IMG/VR virus record: IMGVR_UViG_3300042549_005813
Direction: 5' to 3' (one strand)
DNA from: a virus
Length of the DNA stretch: 64,000 nt
Part shown: one piece after another, positions 45,199 through 56,544 of the stretch
Position numbering within the stretch: position 1 is the stretch's first letter
Layout of the letters: every line of letters begins with the position of its first letter
Notes under the pieces: model-generated
What the model saw: the letters and a program-made list of their open reading frames with translations, nothing else
Told to the model about the DNA's origin: nothing
Databases searched by the model: none
Translations under genes and position numbers: made by a program

Positions 45199-47753
45199 TG
45201 ACAACTTTTTATACAAACGTACAGGCACTTGGCGGCAAGATTCTTTATCGTGGCGTCAAAGATGGTAAAAGAATCAAACTGAAGATTGATTATGAACCAC
45301 AATTGTATCTTCCAGCCCGTAACGGTAAAGGTACCCATAAATCACTTGATGGCCTAGACCTTGTGCCAAAACGATTTGATGGCATTCGTGAAGCCAGAGA
45401 ATATGTGAAACAATATGATGGTCTTCCAGGTGCTCCAAAAATCTATGGTAACACAGGATATCAATACGCTTTCATTGCAGAACAACATTCTGAAATGGTT
45501 GATTGGGAACAAGATAAAGTAAGTGTTGCAATTATCGACATTGAGGTCGGTTCGGAAAATGGTTTTCCTGATCCATACCTTGCAAACGAACCTATCACCG
45601 CAATTGCAACGACCTTTCTGAATGGTCACACTTATGTGTTTGGTTGTGGTGATTTTCGTAATGATGATCCCGACAATATAACCTATCTGAAGTGTAAAGA
45701 TGAATACACTCTTTGCAGTAAATTCATTGAGTTTTGGTCCAGAATGTATCCAGATGTTATCACTGGCTGGAACACCAAGTTCTTTGATATACCATATCTT
45801 GTCAATCGTTTTCGTAAGATTCTTGGTGAAGATAAGGCCAAGATGTTATCTCCATGGAATTATATCAGTGAACGTAAAACCAATATCAATGGTCGTTTGT
45901 TGATTGCATACAGTTTTGTTGGTATCGAATCACTTGATTATATTGAGTTATACAAATGGTATGCGCCAGGTGGTAAGTCACAAGAATCCTATCGACTGGA
46001 TAATATTGCACAAGTAGAACTTGGTGAAGGCAAGATTTCATATGATGAATATGAGAACTTACATCAGCTGTATAGACTGAACTATCAAAAGTTTATTGAA
46101 TACAACATTAAAGACGTTGCGTTGATTATTAAACTAGAGGACAAGTTGAAGTTGATTGAGTTGGCCTTAACTCTTGCATATGATACCAAGTGTAACTATG
46201 AAGATGTATTTGCACAGACACGTATGTGGGATTCATTGACGTATTCTTATTTGTTAGGTAAAGGCATCATTGTTCCACCAAAAGAAACACAGGAGAAAGA
46301 TTCTGCGTTTGAAGGTGCATATGTTAAAGAACCACAAATTGGATTACACAATTGGGTTGCATCGTTTGACTTGAACAGTTTGTATCCACACTTGATGATG
46401 CAGTACAACATTTCACCTGAAACGTTAATTGAACCAGAAAACTATACTGATGAAATGCGTGGTGTTCTTTCACAAGGTGTTACTGTTGATAAAATGTTAA
46501 TGAAACAAATTGACACTTCGGAACTGGTTGATGTTACAATCACACCAAACGGTCAATTCTTCCGTACCGACATTCAAGGTTTCTTACCTAAGATGATGGT
46601 CGAAATGTATGATGACCGCAAGAAATTTAAAAAGATGATGTTGCAAGCGCAACAGGAGTATGAGAATGAAAAAGATGAACGAAAAAAATATGAAATCGAC
46701 AAACGAGTTGCCAGATACAACAACCTCCAGCTCGCAAAGAAAGTATCCCTTAACTCTGCCTACGGTGCTTTGGGAAGTCAGTATTTTAGGTTTTATGACC
46801 TACGCATGGCTTTGGGAGTCACTACGGCAGGCCAGCTTTCCATCAAATGGATTGAAGCGAAAATAAACCAATACATGAATAAACTTCTTGGTACAGATAA
46901 CGATTATGTAATCGCTTCTGATACCGATTCTATTTACCTGCGCCTCGGTGATTTAGTAAATAAAGTTTATGGTGTTGATGGTGTGGTTAAAATGCCTGCA
47001 CAAAAGATTATTGAATTTATGGATCGTGTTTGTGAAGATAAACTACAACCACATATTGATAAGTCTTACCAAGAGTTGGCTGATTATGTTCATGCATATG
47101 CACAAAAGATGCAGATGAAGCGTGAGGGTCTTTCTGACAAAGGTGTATGGACTGCCAAGAAACGTTATATTCTAAATGTATATAACAATGAAGGTGTGCA
47201 GTATGCTGAACCACATATGAAAGTGATGGGCTTGGAAATGATTAAATCATCCACACCATCTGCTATTCGTGAGAAGATGAAAGCTGCCATTAAGTTGATG
47301 ATGACTGGCACTGAACAACAAGTACAAGACTTTATTGCCGAGTTTAAGAAAGAGTTTAAAACATTACCAGCGGAAGAAATATCTTTTCCTCGGGGTTTGA
47401 ATGGGCTAAATACTTATTCCGATCCAGTAATGTTGTTCAAAAAAGGCACACCCATTCATGTTCGTGGTGCAATCGTATATAACCACCATCTAAAACAATT
47501 GGGATTGACTAAGAAGTACCCACTCATACAAGAAGGTGAAAAACTCAAATTTACCTATTTGAGAATGCCAAATCATTTTAAGAATGATGTGATTTCTTTT
47601 CCAGGTAGAATACCTAAAGAGTTTGAGCTTGACAACTACATTGATTATGATGTACAATTCGACAAAGCATTTCTGGAACCAATCAGTGTCATTTTAAGAT
47701 GCATGAAGTGGTCTGCGGAAAAAACTAATTCTTTAGAGGACTTTTTCGGATGA
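45198..47753 (+). CDS. gp43: Family B DNA polymerase gp43
   Basis: DIEV exonuclease, SFDLNSLYP, KVSLNSAYG and SDTDS. Confidence 0.98.
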   Translation: MTTFYTNVQALGGKILYRGVKDGKRIKLKIDYEPQLYLPARNGKGTHKSLDGLDLVPKRFDGIREAREYVKQYDGLPGAPKIYGNTGYQYAFIAEQHSEMVDWEQDKVSVAIIDIEVGSENGFPDPYLANEPITAIATTFLNGHTYVFGCGDFRNDDPDNITYLKCKDEYTLCSKFIEFWSRMYPDVITGWNTKFFDIPYLVNRFRKILGEDKAKMLSPWNYISERKTNINGRLLIAYSFVGIESLDYIELYKWYAPGGKSQESYRLDNIAQVELGEGKISYDEYENLHQLYRLNYQKFIEYNIKDVALIIKLEDKLKLIELALTLAYDTKCNYEDVFAQTRMWDSLTYSYLLGKGIIVPPKETQEKDSAFEGAYVKEPQIGLHNWVASFDLNSLYPHLMMQYNISPETLIEPENYTDEMRGVLSQGVTVDKMLMKQIDTSELVDVTITPNGQFFRTDIQGFLPKMMVEMYDDRKKFKKMMLQAQQEYENEKDERKKYEIDKRVARYNNLQLAKKVSLNSAYGALGSQYFRFYDLRMALGVTTAGQLSIKWIEAKINQYMNKLLGTDNDYVIASDTDSIYLRLGDLVNKVYGVDGVVKMPAQKIIEFMDRVCEDKLQPHIDKSYQELADYVHAYAQKMQMKREGLSDKGVWTAKKRYILNVYNNEGVQYAEPHMKVMGLEMIKSSTPSAIREKMKAAIKLMMTGTEQQVQDFIAEFKKEFKTLPAEEISFPRGLNGLNTYSDPVMLFKKGTPIHVRGAIVYNHHLKQLGLTKKYPLIQEGEKLKFTYLRMPNHFKNDVISFPGRIPKEFELDNYIDYDVQFDKAFLEPISVILRCMKWSAEKTNSLEDFFG

Positions 47754-48919
47754 TATTTTTAACCTTATTGACAGCATTAGGTTTATCTGGTGTTTCTGCA
47801 TACTATTCAGTTGTTGGTTTAGCACAAATTTTTCCTGGTTCGTTTTGGCCAATTGTTTTTATGGGTTCGGTTCTTGAAGCTTCGAAACTTGTAACAGTAT
47901 CATGGTTGTATAATAACTGGAAACAATGTCCTTTTCTTATTAAATCGTATTTGTCGATAGCAGTTATCATTTTAATGTTGATTACTTCAATGGGTATCTT
48001 TGGTTTTTTATCAAAGGCACACCTGGAACATTCAGCAGATAATGCACCACTTGTAGATAAGATTGCCTTGCTGGATGAGAAGATTAAAACGGAGAAGGAA
48101 AATGTCGAGGCAAACCGCAAGGCAATTAAACAGTATGATGAGGTTGTGGACCAAACTATGGGTCGCTCAACAGATGAAAAGGGTGCCGCTACGGCGCAAG
48201 CAATACGCCGTTCCCAACAGAAAGATAGGACTAGAATACTACAAGAAATTCAACAGTCGCAAAGCGTCATTGCCAAATACTCCGAGGAACGTGCGCCTCT
48301 ATCTACAGAGCTTAAAAAGGTTGAAGCGGATATCGGTCCAATCAAATACATTGCGGCCTTGGCGTATGGTTCAGAGACTACTGGTGATGTTATCGACAAA
48401 GCGGTAAGAATGGTAATCATGTTGATTATTGTTGTATTCGATCCATTAGCAATTCTATTGTTAATCGCATATAACATGTCGATGAAACAAAAAGAAGATG
48501 TTGAAGACTTTTTTGAACGTGCAAAAGAAAATGCAAAAAAATTGGATGAATATGCCAAACAAGTTGATGATGTAACACCTGAAGTTGTACACGTTGAAGA
48601 ACCGGTTGATCCTTATGCATACCTGAAACAACCATTCAAACACTTTGAGAATTTGAAACCGATGGTTGCACCAAGAGAAGAAACTGTAGAAATTAAAAAA
48701 GATAATATGATTGTGATTGATGATATAACTGGTGAAACTATACCACCAATTACACATGAAAAGGTAACAATTGAAACCCACAACACACGAAATTCTGTTA
48801 TGTATGAAGAACATCATGTACCAGTAGAAGAACCTGTGAAAAAATTGGAACCTAAGTATGATTATGATGAACCGTATTCTTTTAAGGAAAAAGAAGTTCG
48901 TGATGCTGGTAAATTTTAA
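47750..48919 (+). CDS. Multi-pass membrane coiled-coil hypothetical protein
   Basis: Several TM segments; GIFGFLSKAH and VFDPLA. Confidence 0.7.
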   Translation: MIFLTLLTALGLSGVSAYYSVVGLAQIFPGSFWPIVFMGSVLEASKLVTVSWLYNNWKQCPFLIKSYLSIAVIILMLITSMGIFGFLSKAHLEHSADNAPLVDKIALLDEKIKTEKENVEANRKAIKQYDEVVDQTMGRSTDEKGAATAQAIRRSQQKDRTRILQEIQQSQSVIAKYSEERAPLSTELKKVEADIGPIKYIAALAYGSETTGDVIDKAVRMVIMLIIVVFDPLAILLLIAYNMSMKQKEDVEDFFERAKENAKKLDEYAKQVDDVTPEVVHVEEPVDPYAYLKQPFKHFENLKPMVAPREETVEIKKDNMIVIDDITGETIPPITHEKVTIETHNTRNSVMYEEHHVPVEEPVKKLEPKYDYDEPYSFKEKEVRDAGKF

Positions 48920-48930
48920 AGGATGAAACA

Positions 48931-49998
48931 ATGAGTATATTAGACAAAATTAAAAAAAATAGCAGTATTAAAGATTCTGCTATCTTAGCTAAATCAAAAT
49001 TCTTTAATGCTAAAGATATGATTCCAACAGCAGTGCCAATTATTAACGTGGCACTTTCTGGTAAGTTAGATGGTGGTCTAACACCAGGTCTTACAATGTG
49101 GGCGGGTCCATCGAAACACTTTAAGACAGCGTTCAGTTTGTTGATGGCCAAGTCTTACTTGGACAAATATCCTGATGCAGCGTTACTATTCTACGATTCA
49201 GAGTTTGGTACTCCGCAGTCTTATTTTGATAGCTTTGGCATTGACACTGAACGAGTGCTTCACACTCCTCTTACAGATATCGAACAACTCAAGTTCGACA
49301 TAATGGCACAGTTGACACAATTAGAACGTGGTGATAAATTGATTATCGTCATTGATTCAATTGGTAACTTAGCATCTAAGAAAGAAGTTGAAGATGCTTT
49401 GGCGGAGAAATCAGTTGCTGATATGTCCCGAGCCAAACAAGTCAAGTCTTTGTTCCGTATGGTGACACCTCACCTATCATTGAAAGACATTCCAATGGTT
49501 GTTGTAAATCACACCTACATGGAAATTGGTATGTTCCCTAAAGCTATCGTTGGTGGTGGTACGGGTTCATATTACTCGGCTGACAATATTTTTATTATTG
49601 GCCGTCAACAAGAAAAAGATGGTACAGAAGTTACCGGTTACAATTTTATTATTAATGTGGAAAAATCTAGATATGTCAAAGAAAAATCTAAAATACCTGT
49701 CAGCGTATCTTTTGACGGTGGCATTAGCACTTGGTCTGGTTTACTTGACCTTGCTATTGAGTCCAAACATGTGGTTAAACCAAAGAATGGTTGGTATCAA
49801 CGTGTTGACTCAGATGGTGTGATTGAAGAAAAAAATTACCGTGAGAAGGACACCGACTCCAAAGACTTTTGGATGCCTATTCTGAAACAGAAATCTTTCC
49901 GTGATTTCATTGAGAACAAGTACCGTGTGGCATCCGGAGAAATTATGACAAGCAACATTGATGAAACATTTGATGTTGCAACCATGAATGGTGTATAA
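48931..49998 (+). CDS. uvsX: RecA-like recombinase UvsX
   Basis: AGPSKHFKT, YDSEFG and IDSIGNLAS. Confidence 0.95.
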   Translation: MSILDKIKKNSSIKDSAILAKSKFFNAKDMIPTAVPIINVALSGKLDGGLTPGLTMWAGPSKHFKTAFSLLMAKSYLDKYPDAALLFYDSEFGTPQSYFDSFGIDTERVLHTPLTDIEQLKFDIMAQLTQLERGDKLIIVIDSIGNLASKKEVEDALAEKSVADMSRAKQVKSLFRMVTPHLSLKDIPMVVVNHTYMEIGMFPKAIVGGGTGSYYSADNIFIIGRQQEKDGTEVTGYNFIINVEKSRYVKEKSKIPVSVSFDGGISTWSGLLDLAIESKHVVKPKNGWYQRVDSDGVIEEKNYREKDTDSKDFWMPILKQKSFRDFIENKYRVASGEIMTSNIDETFDVATMNGV

Positions 49999-50321
49999 TG
50001 ATTGAGGGAATAGATTACTGCTACATCTATCCAAAGGATGACAAAACAGCAGTCAACATTAAATTTTTGGAAGGTCCTTATAAAGATACCATATTTAAAT
50101 ATGGTAAAGTTAAATTTAAGGAAGAAAGTGAACAGGTCTATTTACTTTTTGCTTACGATGTGTTACAATCACCAGTAAAGACACCAGCCAAGCTGGAAAA
50201 AGATGATGACTTTAAAAACTACATTGGTGACTTATTGGTGGAAATAATGTCATCTAACATGGAACAGGAAGTAATTGATGAAACTGGAACAGACGATTCT
50301 AAAGAATCTAATTTACAATGA
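49998..50321 (+). CDS. Hypothetical protein (gp40 position)
   Basis: Lies between uvsX and gp41. Confidence 0.6.
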   Translation: MIEGIDYCYIYPKDDKTAVNIKFLEGPYKDTIFKYGKVKFKEESEQVYLLFAYDVLQSPVKTPAKLEKDDDFKNYIGDLLVEIMSSNMEQEVIDETGTDDSKESNLQ

Positions 50322-51669
50322 AGAATATTTACGCAAGGTTTTACCATTTCTAAAATCAGAATATTTTACAGACAGAAGCGACAAAACATTATACAATGAA
50401 ATTGCATCATTCACAGAAACTTACAATTCTACACCAACGGTTGAAGCACTTGTACTGGCCGTCAAAGAAAGGCGAAATCTCTCAGATGAGGAAGTGGAGA
50501 AGTGTGAATCTTATTTACAAGAGATTGAGAAAACTAAAGGTGAAGAATCCAAGGTTCAATGGCTTGTTGACAAGACCGAACAGTTTTGCCAAGAGAAGGC
50601 CATTTATAACGCTGTATTGGGGTCTATTTCAATCCTCGATGGCAAGGACAAAACAAATGACAAAGGTTCGATTCCCAAAATATTATCAGACGCCTTGGCG
50701 ATAAGTTTTGACAATTCTGTTGGCCACGATTATCTTGAAAACTCAGATGAACGATATGATTTCTACCATCGTAAAGAAGAACGAATCCCTTTTGACTTAG
50801 AGTTCTTTAACAAAATCACAAAAGGTGGATTACCTAATAAGACGCTTAATATTGCTCTTGCCGGAACTGGCGTAGGAAAAAGTTTGTTCATGTGCCATGT
50901 GGCTGCAGGCTGCATGGTGCAAGGCAAGAATGTTCTTTACATCACGATGGAAATGAGTGAAGAAAAGATTGCAGAACGTATTGATGCTAACTTATTGAAT
51001 GTCACGATTGATGACCTTGTGAGTTTACCGAAAGATTTGTATGATAAAAAGATTAATAAACTCCGTGAAAAGACTGTTGGTAAACTTATTATCAAAGAAT
51101 ATCCTACAGCCTCTGCGAGCAGCATACATTTTCGCACCTTACTCAATGAGCTCAATCTTAAAAAGTCTTTTGTACCCAATATTATTTTTATTGATTATCT
51201 TAATATTTGTTGTTCATCAAGAATCAAGGCCGGAGCAAACATCAACTCCTATACTTATGTTAAATCCATCGCAGAAGAATTGCGAGGTCTTGCCGTTGAG
51301 TTCGGAGTACCTATTGTTTCTGCAACACAAACAACAAGGGGTGGCTTTACTTCTTCCGATCCCGGACTCGAAGACACAAGTGAGTCTTTTGGTTTGCCCG
51401 CTACAGCAGACTTGATGTTTGCTCTTATTTCTTCCGAAGAATTAGAAGAAATGGGACAGATTATGGTAAAACAATTGAAGAATCGTTATAATGATCCAAC
51501 GCATTTCAAACGATTCACTCTAGGTATTGATAGGTCGAAAATGAGATTATATGATATTGAACAGTCTAGTCAAGACGGCATTACAGATTCTGGTCAAGAT
51601 AAACCACTCAACACATTTGGTAACAGAGAGAAAACACAGAAGAAATCATTTGATGGATTTAAAGTATGA
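50275..51669 (+). CDS. gp41: Replicative helicase gp41
   Basis: AGTGVGKS, IDYL, SATQTTR and KQLKNRY. Confidence 0.96.
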   Translation: MMKLEQTILKNLIYNEEYLRKVLPFLKSEYFTDRSDKTLYNEIASFTETYNSTPTVEALVLAVKERRNLSDEEVEKCESYLQEIEKTKGEESKVQWLVDKTEQFCQEKAIYNAVLGSISILDGKDKTNDKGSIPKILSDALAISFDNSVGHDYLENSDERYDFYHRKEERIPFDLEFFNKITKGGLPNKTLNIALAGTGVGKSLFMCHVAAGCMVQGKNVLYITMEMSEEKIAERIDANLLNVTIDDLVSLPKDLYDKKINKLREKTVGKLIIKEYPTASASSIHFRTLLNELNLKKSFVPNIIFIDYLNICCSSRIKAGANINSYTYVKSIAEELRGLAVEFGVPIVSATQTTRGGFTSSDPGLEDTSESFGLPATADLMFALISSEELEEMGQIMVKQLKNRYNDPTHFKRFTLGIDRSKMRLYDIEQSSQDGITDSGQDKPLNTFGNREKTQKKSFDGFKV

Positions 51670-52772
51670 AATTAGAATTTAATGATGCAGTTCATTGCGC
51701 CAAAGTGTTTGAAGATTACTTTGGTAGTTTTGACCGTATTGATGAGTATATGCGTGACCAGAAGTTGAATTCTCTGGCTGAATTACCATCGAATCCTTTG
51801 TTTCCTATTGAAGATGAGTTGTTCCAAGACTTCACAATGAATCCAAAAGATATGAATTTTGAGGTTGTCGAGATTGATAATGAAACTTGGACCAATCTAT
51901 TGAACATCACTTCATCTCATGTAAACATTCCGCCAGTTGGCCGCAATGTTAAACTGGCAGTGCGTGAAACCAATACAGGAAAGTACGTAGGATTCATCCG
52001 TCTTGGTTCACCTGTAATCAACTGTAAGCCACGTAATGATATGCTTGGTCAAGTGTTTACACAAAAACCTGAGTGGGGTAAACGATTCAATAATTCTGCA
52101 ATGATGGGTTTTGTTATTGTACCTGCACAACCATTTGGTTATAATTACCTTGGTGGTAAGTTGTTGGCTGCAATCTGCACTTCACATGAAGTACGTGAGA
52201 TTGTAAATGTAAAGTATGGAATGAACCTGTGTCTCTTTGAAACAACTTCTTTGTATGGTAGTTCAAAGACTGTATCGCAATATGATGGTATGAAACCATA
52301 TATCAGATATAAAGGTCTGACAGATTCCGATTTTCTTCCTATGATGCATGGTAAACCTTATTCTGACCTACGTGATTTCGTACAAGATAAAGTCGGACCT
52401 TTGGTTGAAGATGTTGCTTCTAGTAAGAAACTGAAAATCTCTATGAAGATTATTTCTCTCACTAAGGCTGCACTTAAAGGTACACCTGAAGGGGATACAT
52501 TCATAGCAACGATTGGGAAAGCAAAAGGGTTGACAGAGCAAAAAAGATATTACACCAGTGACTATGGCTTTAAAAACATGGTTGACTATGTAAACTGTAA
52601 GACGGACGTGCTTATTCCTGGTGAAAACTATGAAAAACACAATCTGGTAAACTTGATTGAATGGTGGCGAAATAAGGCTTGCAATCGGTATGAAACTCTG
52701 TATAATGAGAAACGGTTAAAAACCGAACTAGAGATTTGGACTTCCGGAAAGGAGATTCAAATCATAAGATAA
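51666..52772 (+). CDS. DUF4338/DruA-like protein, copy 2
   Basis: VPAQPFGYNYLGGKLLA and ETTSLYG...SQYDG, shared with the 25593 ORF. Confidence 0.55.
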   Translation: MKLEFNDAVHCAKVFEDYFGSFDRIDEYMRDQKLNSLAELPSNPLFPIEDELFQDFTMNPKDMNFEVVEIDNETWTNLLNITSSHVNIPPVGRNVKLAVRETNTGKYVGFIRLGSPVINCKPRNDMLGQVFTQKPEWGKRFNNSAMMGFVIVPAQPFGYNYLGGKLLAAICTSHEVREIVNVKYGMNLCLFETTSLYGSSKTVSQYDGMKPYIRYKGLTDSDFLPMMHGKPYSDLRDFVQDKVGPLVEDVASSKKLKISMKIISLTKAALKGTPEGDTFIATIGKAKGLTEQKRYYTSDYGFKNMVDYVNCKTDVLIPGENYEKHNLVNLIEWWRNKACNRYETLYNEKRLKTELEIWTSGKEIQIIR

Positions 52773-52794
52773 ATACTTTCTTTGAAGGTGTTAA

Positions 52795-53871
52795 ATGGCT
52801 TATACTTTTTTCCCAAAGACTGCAACGGAAATCAAGCAAACTCTAAAGGGTGACAAAGCAAAGATAGAAGATATAATCAATATCTTTGCTTATCTAAAAT
52901 CAAAATTTCCAAAAGTTGAAACTCCAATCAATGTTGATCCTGCATCAATTGCTAAGATTAATGTTACAAGAGATTTACAAACGGATATTGACCTTGCTAA
53001 AATAAAAAGAGAAGCAAAGGTAACTAAAATTACCATGAAATTTGGTTCTGGATCATCTGGCGGCCGAGGTGTACAGAATAAAGGTAATGCATATGAGGGA
53101 GAACTTGCTGATGCATTGAGACAATGGTGGAAAGGTGAAAAGATAACCGACACAAAATTACTTCAAGCAGTTGATGATATAGTTAAACTTCATAAACTGA
53201 ATAAATGTAAAAATCTAGAAGTTAAAGAGGTTGGTGAATTAAACAACAAAAGACCTTTTATATTCTCACCACAAGTTTTAATTTCATCTAAAATTCCTGT
53301 ACGTGATAACAATTTGGGGCCCGTTGTTACCGACATTACATTAATTTGTGATAAGAAAGAAATCTTCCTAAGTTTGAAAACCGGCGGCACTGTTACCTTT
53401 TTCAACTCAGGCATCCGTACAGTTCTTTCACCAGCAGAAATCAAATCTGGTAAAATTACAAATAAAGATGGTTTAAAAATTCTTAATATGTTTAATATCA
53501 ACGATGCATTGTTTTGTGATATCTACAATGGTAAATTAAAAAAAGGTTATGTTGAAGATGTTTGGAAAACAATGTCATCAAAACAGAAGAATGAATTGAA
53601 AAACTTTTTGATTTCTGGTGTTGGCCATGGTTATACTATCGTACATAAACTGACGGGTAAAACCGAAGTGTATGAAATTGATAAAGATTATATGACTTCA
53701 GCCGCTACACCAAACTCATGTAATGTATACTATGGTGGTAAATCTGGTACAGGTAAGCGTATTGACATGGAAATAGAAACGGGTCATTACATTCTTAAAC
53801 TAAACATACGTGATACACAAGGTGGTGATGGTTATCCTACCCGTATGATGTGTGACTACTCTTACAAATAA
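52795..53871 (+). CDS. Hypothetical protein, possibly PD-(D/E)xK nuclease fold
   Basis: GNAYE...TDITL...FLSLK pattern; ATAAATA upstream. Confidence 0.45.
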   Translation: MAYTFFPKTATEIKQTLKGDKAKIEDIINIFAYLKSKFPKVETPINVDPASIAKINVTRDLQTDIDLAKIKREAKVTKITMKFGSGSSGGRGVQNKGNAYEGELADALRQWWKGEKITDTKLLQAVDDIVKLHKLNKCKNLEVKEVGELNNKRPFIFSPQVLISSKIPVRDNNLGPVVTDITLICDKKEIFLSLKTGGTVTFFNSGIRTVLSPAEIKSGKITNKDGLKILNMFNINDALFCDIYNGKLKKGYVEDVWKTMSSKQKNELKNFLISGVGHGYTIVHKLTGKTEVYEIDKDYMTSAATPNSCNVYYGGKSGTGKRIDMEIETGHYILKLNIRDTQGGDGYPTRMMCDYSYK

Positions 53872-54173
53872 TGGCACTAACAGATTTTGATAAAATACTA
53901 AAACAGTATGAGGACACCGAAAATGATTTCGGGTTCTCTGCTATTTCAGAACAGGAATATAATTCCACAATTAAAGAGAGTGTACAGACCGTTGAGAATT
54001 ACAAAGTTAATTTGACAGAAACGGAAAGACGCTTGGCTGAACTTGAGAAGATGATTATCCCTTTCCTAAAGAAACTACATAGTACAGGAGATAAAGAATA
54101 TATCTACTGGCCTAATCGTAAACCAGCAATTGAAAAACAAATTGAGGCAATTTTAAAATTAACTAGAGGATGA
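53871..54173 (+). CDS. Conserved hypothetical protein
   Basis: DFGFS...KEYIYWPNR pattern. Confidence 0.6.
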   Translation: MALTDFDKILKQYEDTENDFGFSAISEQEYNSTIKESVQTVENYKVNLTETERRLAELEKMIIPFLKKLHSTGDKEYIYWPNRKPAIEKQIEAILKLTRG

Positions 54174-54179
54174 TAAATT

Positions 54180-54899
54180 ATGAAACCGTTAGTGACTGTG
54201 ATTACACCTACAACAGGTGCACCGTATCTACGACAAGCGATAGAGTCGGTTAAAAATCAAACTTATGATAACATTCAACACTTAGTTGTTGTAGATGGTC
54301 AACCAAAAGGTCGTGTTATTGCTAGAGAATATCCACATATTGACCTAATAGACCTCCCATACCCAACAGGAACCGACCGGTTCAACGGACACCGAATCTA
54401 TGGTGCATCAGTCTACCTTGCAAAAGGTGACCTGGTTTGTTTCTTGGATGAGGATAATTACTATGATACCACTCATATCGAATCTCTTGTGGATGTAATT
54501 CAAAGGGGTAATGATTGGGCTTTCTCATTACGCAAAATTGTAGACAAAGAAAGTAACTATGTTTGCCTTGATGACTGTGAATCATTGGGTAAATGGGAAT
54601 CTTGCATTGGTGACTACTTTGTTGACGTTGGATGTTTCTTTCTACCAAAGATGATTGCAATTCAAACAAGTCCAATTTGGTATCGCAAGGCAAGAGAACC
54701 TGGAGTACCAGAGGTTGATAGGATGTTGACTCATGTATTGAGAAACAACAATCTGAAATACGATACTAATGGTGATTACACCTTGAACTATCGTACAGGT
54801 AACACACAGTTATCAGTACAATCCGAATTCTTCTTACAAGGAAATAAGAAGATGCTTGAAAAATATAATGGAGATTTACCATGGACAAAAAAGACCTGA
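54180..54899 (+). CDS. Glycosyltransferase family 2
   Basis: VTVITPT, AIESVKNQTY, VVVDG and FLDED. Confidence 0.88.
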   Translation: MKPLVTVITPTTGAPYLRQAIESVKNQTYDNIQHLVVVDGQPKGRVIAREYPHIDLIDLPYPTGTDRFNGHRIYGASVYLAKGDLVCFLDEDNYYDTTHIESLVDVIQRGNDWAFSLRKIVDKESNYVCLDDCESLGKWESCIGDYFVDVGCFFLPKMIAIQTSPIWYRKAREPGVPEVDRMLTHVLRNNNLKYDTNGDYTLNYRTGNTQLSVQSEFFLQGNKKMLEKYNGDLPWTKKT

Positions 54900-55741
54900 T
54901 TATAGGTGCATTTAAAAACTATAACTACGAACAAGTCAAACCTTGGATCGAATCAATTAACGAATGTGGTTTTACCGGGGACAAAGTTCTAATTGCGATT
55001 GATTCATCAGAAGAAACAATCAACAAGATTAGACAAGCCGGATTCACTGCAATATCCGCACAATCCATGACAGGCGCAATGTTTCACATGGAACGATTTA
55101 TTCATATCTATGATTATCTGAAAAAACATAGTGGTCAATATCGTTATGTTGTAAGTACAGATGTACGTGATGTAATCTTCCAAAACGATCCAATGGAATA
55201 TTTGTCTCATATACTGACAGCAAATTCTGGTTATGATTTGATTGGTGTGTCTGAATGTATACTAGTTAAAAATGAACATTGGAATCGTGACAACATTTTA
55301 AAATGTTTTGGTACATATTTCTATGAAGAAGTTAAAGACTATGAAGTTTTAAATGTTGGTACGTTAGCTGGCAAGGCACATGTTGTTTCTGATTTGTGTG
55401 GTATGTTATACCAACTATCTTTGAATAGAGCCGATTGGGTTGCCGACCAAGCTGCATATAATGTTTTAATGGGTTGGTATCCATATGTTGATATAACATA
55501 CATCAGTGGTTTAAATGATGGATTCTGTTGTAACTTACATGTAACAAATAAACCAATTGAGAAAGACCAATTTGCACCATTCATTACAGAAAAACATCCA
55601 ATCTTTGAAGATGGTGTAATGAAAACTGGTGATGGTCAACCATACTACATTGTACACCAATATGACCGAGATCCAGAATTGAAGAAATTTTATCATGATA
55701 AGTATAAGGTTGAAGAATTAATTACTTTTAGGACAACATAA
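54881..55741 (+). CDS. Putative GT-A glycosyltransferase
   Basis: TDVRDVIFQ, DQAAYN and VHQYDR. Confidence 0.7.
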   Translation: MDKKDLIIGAFKNYNYEQVKPWIESINECGFTGDKVLIAIDSSEETINKIRQAGFTAISAQSMTGAMFHMERFIHIYDYLKKHSGQYRYVVSTDVRDVIFQNDPMEYLSHILTANSGYDLIGVSECILVKNEHWNRDNILKCFGTYFYEEVKDYEVLNVGTLAGKAHVVSDLCGMLYQLSLNRADWVADQAAYNVLMGWYPYVDITYISGLNDGFCCNLHVTNKPIEKDQFAPFITEKHPIFEDGVMKTGDGQPYYIVHQYDRDPELKKFYHDKYKVEELITFRTT

Positions 55742-56544
55742 TGATTACTATTGTTACTGCTTTTTATGACATTGGCCGTGGAGAATGGACACCAGACAAA
55801 GGCCTACCACATTATCTACAAAGAACTACTGATACATACATTGAACGTTTTTCACACATGGCTCAAATGGAAAATGAGATGGTTGTATTCTCTACACCAG
55901 ACATTATTGAGAAACTGAAACCTTTGCGTGGCGACAGACCAACAAAATTTGTTTCGTTTGATATTTTTAGTAAGTATGCAGACTTGATTAAAGATGTTAA
56001 TAACATTCAGAAAACTGATGCATTTCAAAATTTAATTATTCCAGAACAGCGAGCAAATCCAGAATATTGGAATGCACATTATGTGGTTGTTAACTTTCTC
56101 AAATCTATATTTGTCAATTTAGCAATCAAAAACAACATGGTTAGTAATGAATTAGTTTCTTGGTTGGATTTTGGTTATTGCCGCACGGCAGAGAAAGTAC
56201 CTACAAGCAAGAAGTGGTCTTATGATTTTGATGTTAATAAGATGCATCTATTCAATTATAAAGAATATGATGACAAACCTATACATGAAATCATTGCAAC
56301 AAACGATGTTTACATTCTTGGTGCAAAGATTGTTGGTGGTGTAACAGCATGGCCTAAATTCGAATCTGCGATGAAAGAATGTTTGATTGAATTGGGTACG
56401 AATGGTTTGATTGATGATGACCAAACACTTATGTTAATGTCATCAATCAAATATCCGGAATTATTTGAACTACATAAGATTCCAGACCACCAACTCGGAC
56501 TTGATCCGTTTGTTATTTTTAGTGACTTTAATAAAGAGGTATGA
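55741..56544 (+). CDS. HtrL/YibB family protein
   Basis: TIVTAFYDIGRG, WLDFGY and DDDQ. Confidence 0.8.
   Translation: MITIVTAFYDIGRGEWTPDKGLPHYLQRTTDTYIERFSHMAQMENEMVVFSTPDIIEKLKPLRGDRPTKFVSFDIFSKYADLIKDVNNIQKTDAFQNLIIPEQRANPEYWNAHYVVVNFLKSIFVNLAIKNNMVSNELVSWLDFGYCRTAEKVPTSKKWSYDFDVNKMHLFNYKEYDDKPIHEIIATNDVYILGAKIVGGVTAWPKFESAMKECLIELGTNGLIDDDQTLMLMSSIKYPELFELHKIPDHQLGLDPFVIFSDFNKEV

Noticed and set aside
45198-51669. Introns or inteins in gp43, uvsX or gp41
   Set aside because: The ORFs are continuous, of typical length, and lack intein motifs.
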